Assembly: GCA_965140445.1 (NCBI GenBank)
Contig: OZ223236.1
Span: 2,848,001 to 2,912,000 of the forward strand
Length of the DNA: 64,000 bases
Reading direction: 5' to 3'
Source of the DNA: Candidatus Ozemobacteraceae bacterium
GTDB taxonomy: Bacteria; Muiribacteriota; Ozemobacteria; Ozemobacterales; Ozemobacteraceae
Positions 9,392 through 16,617 of the stretch are shown piece by piece (the first letter of the stretch is position 1; the number at the start of each line of letters is the position of its first letter). Under the pieces are notes generated by a model that saw only the letters and a program-made list of their open reading frames with translations, did no database searches and had not been told where the DNA came from. Both the position numbers and the translations under genes were made by a program.

Positions 9392-9778
9392 ATGAAGGTA
9401 GAATTTAAGGTTAGAGAAGATGATAGCCGCGATATTCCTAATGAAGTAAAGGAAATGGCAAAGATTGACGGAGAAAATGAAATTTCAATTGATATTGGAC
9501 AAGTATTAGCCGCCAATCAGGCTTTGTTAAAAAATATGGCTAGAAAAATGGATCAAATGGAGAAAAAGCTTTCAAGCATGGAAGTTGAATATAACAAGCA
9601 GCGTATTCTGCTTGAAGCATCCAGAAAAGAAACCTTAATGATTAGTGCTCCAGTTAAAGAAATTAAGCCATGGGAACCAGAGTATCAGGAACTTTCTGAG
9701 GACTATTTTAAAAAGTTTTCAGCGTTTGATCGAATTTTTAAACCCTGGAAGCTTAGAAGAAAAGATTTAAGTAATTAA
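9392..9778 (+). CDS. Hypothetical coiled-coil protein with an amphipathic/basic C-terminus
   Basis: AGGAG RBS favours ATG 9392; heptad region; ends FSAFDRIFKPWKLRRK. Confidence 0.75.
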   Translation: MKVEFKVREDDSRDIPNEVKEMAKIDGENEISIDIGQVLAANQALLKNMARKMDQMEKKLSSMEVEYNKQRILLEASRKETLMISAPVKEIKPWEPEYQELSEDYFKKFSAFDRIFKPWKLRRKDLSN

Positions 9779-9820
9779 AAAAAAAGCCGCTTTCTCAAAA
9801 AAGAGAAAGCGGCTTTTTTT
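9778..9820. terminator. Bidirectional intrinsic terminator
   Basis: A-tract, GCCGCTTTCTC-aaaaaa-GAGAAAGCGGC, T-tract. Confidence 0.9.
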
Positions 9821-9825
9821 GTTAA

Positions 9826-9951
9826 CTATTCGTCGTCGATAACAACGATATCTCTAAATTTTTCCAGATCCAGTGTGCCTTCCTGGAATGCAAGATAGTG
9901 TTTGCATGTCTCACATTTTGATTGTTCAAAAACTTCCCAGCAGTATGCCAT
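9826..9951 (-). CDS. Unannotated 41-aa Cys-containing small protein (MAYCWEVFEQSKCETCKHYLAFQEGTLDLEKFRDIVVIDDE)
   Basis: Strong AAGGAG RBS 7 nt before the ATG; fills the gap between the TPR gene and the terminator; CWE and CxxCxxY motifs. Confidence 0.75.
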   Translation of the reverse strand: MAYCWEVFEQSKCETCKHYLAFQEGTLDLEKFRDIVVIDDE

Positions 9952-9968
9952 AGTATAACTCCTTAAAT

Positions 9969-10301
9969 TCAGGCAGCTTTTGAATAACAGGCATCAAATC
10001 CGAAATCTAAAACCGTTTCTCGCGATTCATCGTTCAGGTCAAAAGCCTCAATAAGCTCAAATTTAAAGCGCTCTTCCAACCATATGGCTCGTTTCCAAGC
10101 ACGAATAGCTTGTTCAATATCGCCCTTGGTTGCTAACGCAATGCCAAGGTTATATTGGGCCTGAGCGTTCTTTGGCCATGCTTTAAGACTCCTGATATAG
10201 GAGGCTATAGCTTTGGCAGACTTTCCATCCGCCTCATGAGCCAGAGCTTCTTCAAATAATCGCTGCCCTTGATTTTTTTTCCAGTATTTATCTGATTGCA
10301 T
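9969..10301 (-). CDS. Small TPR protein
   Basis: PKNAQAQYNLGIAL...AIRAWKRAI. Confidence 0.85.
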   Translation of the reverse strand: MQSDKYWKKNQGQRLFEEALAHEADGKSAKAIASYIRSLKAWPKNAQAQYNLGIALATKGDIEQAIRAWKRAIWLEERFKFELIEAFDLNDESRETVLDFGFDACYSKAA

Positions 10302-10310
10302 ACTGATTAG

Positions 10311-10337
10311 TTATCGGCATGATTCAGAATTTACTGA
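10311..10337 (-). promoter_or_regulatory. Sigma28-like promoter
   Basis: Minus strand TCAG-N15-GCCGATAA, 9 nt before the ATG; no RBS. Confidence 0.65.
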
Positions 10338-10494
10338 AGCAAGTATAGTCTAGCATATTTAGATAAAAAAAGAAAGCAAAGCCAATGCTCTGTATGCACA
10401 AAACATTTGTCTCAATCCTTTATTTGTAATACATTATGATCAAACTTTTTTGCATGGAATTTTTTGTTTCTGTGTATGTAACAGGAGAAAAATA

Positions 10495-11025
10495 ATGATT
10501 AAAAAATATTTGGATTTCAATCCTGAAGTTCCGGATAGCTGCTATATAGCTGATAGTGCTGAACTTATCGGAAGAGTAAAACTTGGAGAAAACGTTTCAA
10601 TTTGGCCTGGTTGCACCCTTAGAGGTGATATTCATTTCATTGAAATCGGTGAGAATACTAATATTCAGGAATTAACATGTATACACGTAGAGTTCCCACC
10701 AGAAGCCGATTCTGAAAGAGGCTGCACTAAAATAGGTAAAAATGTAACTGTGGGTCACCGGGCTTTGATCCATGGCTGTATCATTGAAGACAATTGCTTA
10801 ATTGGTATGGGTGCAATAATTTTAAATGGGGCGGTTATCGGTGAAGGCTCTATCGTAGGAGCGGGGGCCCTGGTTAAGGAAAACATGATTGTACCCCCAA
10901 ACTCACTTGTTGTTGGGCTTCCAGGGGTAGTAAAAGCTCAGCTTGCTCCAGAAAAGAAGGCAATAATTGCTAATTCAGCAAAAAAATATGTAGAGCTTGG
11001 AAAATTGCATAAAGCTAATCAGTAG
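10495..11025 (+). CDS. Gamma carbonic anhydrase family (YrdA/PaaY-like) protein
   Basis: Hexapeptide repeats, LRGD, TNIQE and TVGHRALIHGC motifs; AGGAG RBS before ATG 10495. Confidence 0.93.
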   Translation: MIKKYLDFNPEVPDSCYIADSAELIGRVKLGENVSIWPGCTLRGDIHFIEIGENTNIQELTCIHVEFPPEADSERGCTKIGKNVTVGHRALIHGCIIEDNCLIGMGAIILNGAVIGEGSIVGAGALVKENMIVPPNSLVVGLPGVVKAQLAPEKKAIIANSAKKYVELGKLHKANQ

Positions 11026-11614
11026 AAATTAATCTTATGGCCAGGTTATTTCCGGTGGGGCAAACAGTAAGGCATTCTCCACAGCCGGTACATGCCTCTG
11101 GAATAATTTCTGGCGCTACTCCTGAGTTATCGGTGGTTTTTTTGCCCTCTTTGATGGCCTGATAGGTTTGTTGACAAACTTGATAGCATTGGTTGCATTC
11201 ATTTCCACTGGTTAAGATGCATTTGTCTGTAATTATTTCGGCTATGGCGATTCTAAGGGGCTTTTTAAGATTTTTTTGCGATAGGGCGCCTGTTTTACAG
11301 GCCTCTATGCAAGGGAAATCCTTGCAAAAGTGGCAAAAGGCTCTTCCCTGTCTTAGCGATGGAGTATTGCTGAAAAACTCATTATTAATATGTGTTGGTT
11401 CAATTGCAAAATAGGGGCATGCTCTGACGCAGTCCAGGCATTTTGAACATCTGGAAAGAAAATCATCTTCTGATCCCGCTCCTGGTGGTCTTATCAGTTC
11501 TGGAAACAGTTTCTCAAGCTTGCTGAATTCTTCTTCAAACACATCATTTAAGAATCCGGATATGGAATTTAAACATCCTGAGAAAAAATCTTTGCGGGAA
11601 TATTTTTTAGTCAT
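11015..11614 (-). CDS. NapF/NapG/MauM-like polyferredoxin (4Fe-4S dicluster)
   Basis: SRKDFF, IRPPGA and several CxxCxxCxxxCP motifs. Confidence 0.85.
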   Translation of the reverse strand: MTKKYSRKDFFSGCLNSISGFLNDVFEEEFSKLEKLFPELIRPPGAGSEDDFLSRCSKCLDCVRACPYFAIEPTHINNEFFSNTPSLRQGRAFCHFCKDFPCIEACKTGALSQKNLKKPLRIAIAEIITDKCILTSGNECNQCYQVCQQTYQAIKEGKKTTDNSGVAPEIIPEACTGCGECLTVCPTGNNLAIRLISTD

Positions 11615-11619
11615 ATTTG

Positions 11620-12810
11620 TTACAGAAGAGTAAATACTCTTAAATTATCCTTTTTCTTTACAGTTTTACCAGCGGGAACAAAAACCAGTGCTTCACTATA
11701 TTGAAGGCTTCCTATGAGACCTGAACCACTTTTTTTGAATTGAGAACCATAAATTGTGCCGTTTTCAATTGAGAGATTAAAGCGCAAAAATCTATCCCTG
11801 ATTGGATCTGGGGATATATCTTCATTGGATAAAACCTGATTTAGCATGGGAGTAAAATCAGTAGCAAAAAGTTTTTGGACTGCCGGTAGAACAAAAGCCA
11901 TAAAACAAACAAAAACAGCGACTGGATTTCCTGGTAATACGAACACAGGTTTGTCATTTAAAAGGCCGAATGCCGTTGGGCGCCCGGGTTTTATATCTAC
12001 CCGATCAAAAAAGAGGCTAGCATTTAGCTTATTTAGAACGGGGCGAACCAGATCCATTTCACTGTTGCTGGCTCCACCACAGGCAATTAAGATGTCAGAA
12101 GCTTTTGATAAATCTGGAATAGCTTTACAAAAACTGGCCTCATCATCTGGAATATGAATTGAACTTGATACTTCGAGGCCATATTTAGTTGCCAGTGAAT
12201 GAATAATTTGTGAATCGCATTCAAAGCGTTGTGAACTGCAGGAAATATTTTCGCCTGGAGCTATAAGTTCAGATCCTGAAGTTAGTATAGAAATTTTAGG
12301 TTTTCTAAATACTGGAACAAGATGTTTTCCAATTGAGGCAAGTCTTGTAACGTCAGCGGGTTTAAGCCTTGTTCCCTTTTTTACAGCTAAATTTCCACTT
12401 TTAATATCTTCTCCTGCCTTGCGAATATTTTCGCCAGCAAAAAATTGTCTGGAAAGCATAATTTTTCCATCAGTTACAGTGCAAAACTCTTCTGGGCATA
12501 CGGTAACGCAATTCTCAGGAATACAACGGCCTGTAAGAACTCGTTGATAGGATTCTGCCGTTAAAGCGCCGACAGGGCAGTTCTGATAGCCGGTTAATGG
12601 GTTTCCCGCATCAGAAAGGGCATAACCATCGACTGCTGAAATGTCTCGCTGTGGAATAGAAATATCGGAAACAATATCCTGCGCCAGATACCTGTCATAG
12701 GACTCGTTAATATGAACTTTCTCATTATGGAATTCTGAGAAGTTTTGTGTGATTATTTCTATAGCTTTTTGATAAGCCACTTTTATCAGTTTATTTTTTG
12801 AATTATTCAT
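11620..12810 (-). CDS. moeA: Molybdopterin molybdotransferase
   Basis: SAVDGYA, NIRKAGEDI, SGSEL, IKPGRP and LPGNPV motifs. Confidence 0.92.
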   Translation of the reverse strand: MNNSKNKLIKVAYQKAIEIITQNFSEFHNEKVHINESYDRYLAQDIVSDISIPQRDISAVDGYALSDAGNPLTGYQNCPVGALTAESYQRVLTGRCIPENCVTVCPEEFCTVTDGKIMLSRQFFAGENIRKAGEDIKSGNLAVKKGTRLKPADVTRLASIGKHLVPVFRKPKISILTSGSELIAPGENISCSSQRFECDSQIIHSLATKYGLEVSSSIHIPDDEASFCKAIPDLSKASDILIACGGASNSEMDLVRPVLNKLNASLFFDRVDIKPGRPTAFGLLNDKPVFVLPGNPVAVFVCFMAFVLPAVQKLFATDFTPMLNQVLSNEDISPDPIRDRFLRFNLSIENGTIYGSQFKKSGSGLIGSLQYSEALVFVPAGKTVKKKDNLRVFTLL

Positions 12811-12915
12811 TTTATAACTGGAAAAAAAAGTTTATTTGGATAAATCCTTATTGATTTTGTATTTTCAGGATAGAATTTTAGCGATTGCTATGCAAGAAAA
12901 AGAAAGGAAGCAGAA

Positions 12916-14124
12916 ATGAAAGCAACTCCAAGAGGGATTAGGCCTCACATTGCTCTATTTGGGCGAAGAAACGTGGGAAAATCTTCTCTAATCAACGCAC
13001 TAACAGATCAGGAAATCGCTCTGGTTTCTGACACCGCAGGAACCACAACTGACCCGGTTTTTAAAAATATGGAATTACTTCCTCTTGGTCCGGTTGTTTT
13101 GATTGATACCGCAGGTTTAGACGATGTTGGAACTTTAGGACAAATGCGAATAGAGGCATCAAGAAAGGTTTTAAAGAAAACTGATTTAGCATTGGTGGTT
13201 CTTGAGCCTGCAGAAAAGCTTGATGCTGTTGAAATAGAACTTTTAGAAAGTTTAAAGCATGGAAAAACCCAGTTTTTAGTGATTATTAATAAATGCGAAG
13301 ATAAGGCTGCACCCGAAAGTTTACTTAAAGAAATAGAAAGTTACGGCGTAAAAGGAATTCAGGTCAGTGCCAAATTAAATCAGGGCATTAAAGAGCTTAA
13401 GAGAAATAGTATTCAGGGAAAACTAAAGGATTTTGACGCGGGAACGATTATTGGCGATCTGGTTCAGCCTGGGCAGGTAGTAGTTCTTGTGGTTCCAATA
13501 GATTTGGCTGCCCCTAAGGGAAGATTGATTTTGCCTCAGGTTCAGACTATCAGAGATTTACTTGATACAGATTGCATTGCAATTGTGGCAAAAGAAAGAG
13601 AGCTTCGTTCGGCTTTAGACTCTCTTAAAGCTCCACCGGATCTCGTTATTACTGATTCCCAGGCTTTTTTAAAGGTTGCTGGTGATGTTCCTCCGGGAGT
13701 TCCCTTTACCAGTTTTTCTGTGCTATTTGCTCGATATAAAGGCGATCTTAGCGCATATTTGCATGGAATAAGCGTTCTTAAGAACATGAAAGAAGATGGA
13801 AAGATTCTAATTGCGGAGTCTTGCACTCACCATCAGATGGCCGATGATATTGGAAGAGTTAAAATTCCAAGATGGTTAAGGCAGAATTATGGTGGAAAGG
13901 TCCAATTTGAGTTCTGTCAGGGAAGTAATTTTCCTGATAATTTGAGCGAATACGACCTTGTGGTTCAATGTGGCGGTTGTATGGTCAATCGTCGAGAAAT
14001 TCTTAACAGAATTGCCGTATGTCAGGAAGCAGGAATTGGAATTACTAATTATGGAATTCTAATTGCTCATCTTCATGGAGTATTAGAAGAAGCTATTAAG
14101 CCTTTCGGTCTGGAAATTAAGTAA
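12916..14124 (+). CDS. hydF: [FeFe]-hydrogenase H-cluster maturation GTPase
   Basis: GRRNVGKSS, DTAG, APKGRLILPQVQ, ITDSQAF, CTHH...CGGCM and TNYG motifs. Confidence 0.95.
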   Translation: MKATPRGIRPHIALFGRRNVGKSSLINALTDQEIALVSDTAGTTTDPVFKNMELLPLGPVVLIDTAGLDDVGTLGQMRIEASRKVLKKTDLALVVLEPAEKLDAVEIELLESLKHGKTQFLVIINKCEDKAAPESLLKEIESYGVKGIQVSAKLNQGIKELKRNSIQGKLKDFDAGTIIGDLVQPGQVVVLVVPIDLAAPKGRLILPQVQTIRDLLDTDCIAIVAKERELRSALDSLKAPPDLVITDSQAFLKVAGDVPPGVPFTSFSVLFARYKGDLSAYLHGISVLKNMKEDGKILIAESCTHHQMADDIGRVKIPRWLRQNYGGKVQFEFCQGSNFPDNLSEYDLVVQCGGCMVNRREILNRIAVCQEAGIGITNYGILIAHLHGVLEEAIKPFGLEIK

Positions 14125-14147
14125 ACGATAGCTCATCAATCTTGCAG

Positions 14148-14187
14148 AAAAAAACAGCCCATACGATTTTGTATGGGCTGTTTTTTT
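14148..14187. terminator. Bidirectional intrinsic terminator
   Basis: AAAAAAACAGCCCATAC-gatttt-GTATGGGCTGTTTTTTT. Confidence 0.9.
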
Positions 14188-14189
14188 GT

Positions 14190-15200
14190 TTATTCAGGTG
14201 AGGTGTAGCTTCCCCATCGGATTGGCATTACACCGTAGGTAAGACCGCCACCGAAGCCAACCAATAATACCAGGTCGCCTTGCTGGATTCTTCCTTCCTG
14301 TAAGGCTTCATGAAGTGCCATTGGAATAGATGCGGCAACAGTGTTTCCATATTTATTTATATTCACAAAGAATTTTTCAATTGGACATTTAAAACGCTTT
14401 GCGGCAGATTCGATAATTCGGATATTGGCCTGGTGAGGGATAATAAGCTTTACATCATCAAGAGTAAGGTTGTTTCTGGTCAAAACTTCATCAATTATGT
14501 CACCAACAATTTTGGTTGAAAATTTAAAGACTTCTTTACCGTTAATGCTCATAAAGTGCTCTTTATTATCTATTGCTTCGTGAGTTATGCGGTGTCTTGA
14601 ACCGGTGCTTTTTATGGCAATATAATCTGCTCCACTACCAATGGAACCAAGTAAACAGTCAAAAGCACCTTCTTCGTCTTTTGCAGGACCGAAAACCACT
14701 GCTCCAACACCGTCTCCAAATAGAACGCAGGTGTTTCTATCTTCAAAGTCCAGGATACGGGTTGTAACATCGCCGCCAATAACCAAAACGTGCTCATATG
14801 CGCCTGAAGCAATAAATTGAGCAGCAACGGATGATGCATACACAAAACCGGTGCAGGCTGCTTCAAGATCAAATGCCGCAGCATTAATACAACCAAGTTT
14901 ATCCTGTAGAATGCAAGCACTTGGAGGAACCTGATAATCCGGGGTAAAGGTTGCAAATATTATTAAATTTATATCTTCTGGAGCCACTCCAGAATTTTTT
15001 ATTGCTTGTTGCGCAGCTGGAACTGTCAAGTCAATGAGGTTTTTGTCATCTGCAATTTTGTGTCGGTTTTTTATTCCAGTTCTGGACGTTATCCATTCGT
15101 CAGAGGTATTTACAATTTTAGCAAGATCATCGTTGCTTAAAACCTGTTCTGGCAAGTTCATTCCTGTTCCGATAATCGTGGCGCGTCTAAGCTGTTTCAT
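14190..15200 (-). CDS. fabH: Beta-ketoacyl-ACP synthase III (copy 1)
   Basis: AACTGF, PHQAN, YGNT and GFGGG motifs; AAGGAG RBS before ATG 15200. Confidence 0.96.
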   Translation of the reverse strand: MKQLRRATIIGTGMNLPEQVLSNDDLAKIVNTSDEWITSRTGIKNRHKIADDKNLIDLTVPAAQQAIKNSGVAPEDINLIIFATFTPDYQVPPSACILQDKLGCINAAAFDLEAACTGFVYASSVAAQFIASGAYEHVLVIGGDVTTRILDFEDRNTCVLFGDGVGAVVFGPAKDEEGAFDCLLGSIGSGADYIAIKSTGSRHRITHEAIDNKEHFMSINGKEVFKFSTKIVGDIIDEVLTRNNLTLDDVKLIIPHQANIRIIESAAKRFKCPIEKFFVNINKYGNTVAASIPMALHEALQEGRIQQGDLVLLVGFGGGLTYGVMPIRWGSYTSPE

Positions 15201-15261
15201 GTTGCTCCTTCTTAAATGAAGTTGGCAAATAATACACAATGTAGGAATTCCAAGTCAAGGA
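15201..15261 (-). promoter_or_regulatory. fabH promoter/5' UTR block (copy 1)
   Basis: TTGACT-N18-TATTAT plus RBS; 60 of 61 nt identical to 16541-16601. Confidence 0.75.
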
Positions 15262-15420
15262 ACCTTTACTTCTCGGAGCCTACACAGGGTTTTGATCTCT
15301 TATATCTTGAAATAGCTGCCCGTAATTAGTCCACTTTGTTGAAAAAAAATCTAAGATTCTTTGGAAATGCTAAGAGTTTTTGCAAAAAACAGAATCGCTG
15401 AGTGTAGAGAAATGGCTCTT

Positions 15421-15475
15421 TTGCCAATAATTTGCCAATAGCATGTCAATAACTCGCCAATAGCTTATCAGTAAT
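15421..15475. repeat. Five imperfect 11-bp tandem direct repeats
   Basis: TTGCCAATAAT|TTGCCAATAGC|ATGTCAATAAC|TCGCCAATAGC|TTATCAGTAAT. Confidence 0.75.
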
Positions 15476-15481
15476 TTGCAT

Positions 15482-15516
15482 AAAAAAAACAGCCCTCGCA
15501 ATTTGCTAAGGGCTGC
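15482..15516 (-). terminator. Intrinsic terminator of fabH copy 2
   Basis: A8-CAGCCCT...AGGGCTG; homologous to the 14148 terminator. Confidence 0.7.
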
Positions 15517-15529
15517 ATTTGTTTAAAAT

Positions 15530-16540
15530 CTATTCAGGCGAAGTGTAACTACCCCAGCGGATCGGCATTACACCATATGTTAAACCACCGCCGAAACCTA
15601 TGATCAAAATCAAGTCTCCTTCCTTGATTCTGCCTTCCAGTAATGCTTCATGAAGAGCAATTGGGATAGAGGCGGCAACAGTGTTTCCATATTTGTGGAT
15701 ATTGACGAAGAATTTTTCAATTGGACAGTTAAAGCGCTTTGCAGCGGATTCGATAATTCGAATATTCGCCTGGTGAGGAACAATAAGTTTAACATCATCA
15801 AGAGTGAGGTTGTTTCGGGTTAAAACTTCCTCAATTATGTCGCCAACAATTTTGGTTGAGAATTTAAAAACTTCTTTCCCGTTGATACTTACAAACTGCT
15901 CTCTTTTATCAAGACCCTCGTGGGTTGGGCGATATCTTGATCCACCACATTTTATTGAGATATATTCAGCACCACTACCAATGGCACCAAGTAAACAATC
16001 AATTGCGCCTTCATCATTTTTTGCAGGTCCAAAAACCGCTGCTCCAACGCCGTCGCCAAAAAGAACGCAGGTATTTCTGTCTTCAAAGTCCAGAACGCGA
16101 GTTGCAACATCACCGCCAACGACAAGAACATGGTCATAAGTTCCCGTTACGATAAACTGTGTAGCGACAGAGGAAGCATATACAAAGCCTGTGCATGCTG
16201 CTTCCAGATCGAAGGCCGCAGCTTTTGTGCAGCCAAGTTCATTCTGAAGAATACAGGCGCTTGATGGAAATTGAAAATCGGGAGTAAAGGTTGCAAATAC
16301 TATTAAATCTATATCTTCTGGGGTTAATCCAGCGTTTTTTATTGCCTGTTTTGCAGCTGGAATTGTTAAATCCATGAGACTTTTATCGTCTTCTATTTTG
16401 TGACGGTTTTTAATTCCAGTTCTGGTGGTTATCCATTCGTCAGAGGTGTCTACTATTTTGACAAGATCATCGTTACTTAAAACCTGATCTGGCAGGTTCA
16501 TTCCGGTGCCGATAATCGAAGCGCGTCTTAGCTGTTTCAT
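15530..16540 (-). CDS. fabH: Beta-ketoacyl-ACP synthase III (copy 2)
   Basis: Same catalytic motifs; colinear with copy 1 at an offset of 1340 bp. Confidence 0.96.
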   Translation of the reverse strand: MKQLRRASIIGTGMNLPDQVLSNDDLVKIVDTSDEWITTRTGIKNRHKIEDDKSLMDLTIPAAKQAIKNAGLTPEDIDLIVFATFTPDFQFPSSACILQNELGCTKAAAFDLEAACTGFVYASSVATQFIVTGTYDHVLVVGGDVATRVLDFEDRNTCVLFGDGVGAAVFGPAKNDEGAIDCLLGAIGSGAEYISIKCGGSRYRPTHEGLDKREQFVSINGKEVFKFSTKIVGDIIEEVLTRNNLTLDDVKLIVPHQANIRIIESAAKRFNCPIEKFFVNIHKYGNTVAASIPIALHEALLEGRIKEGDLILIIGFGGGLTYGVMPIRWGSYTSPE

Positions 16541-16601
16541 GTTGCTCCTTCTAAAATGAAGTTGGCAAATAATACACAATGTAGGAATTCCAAGTCAAGG
16601 A
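16541..16601 (-). promoter_or_regulatory. fabH promoter/5' UTR block (copy 2)
   Basis: Near-identical to 15201-15261. Confidence 0.75.
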
Positions 16602-16617
16602 GCGTTTAATTCAGCGG

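Noticed and set aside
15201..15239. N-terminal MCIICQLH extension on both FabH ORFs (also 16541-16579)
   Set aside because: It is a translation of the conserved promoter/UTR; the AAGGAG RBS points to the MKQLRR ATG.
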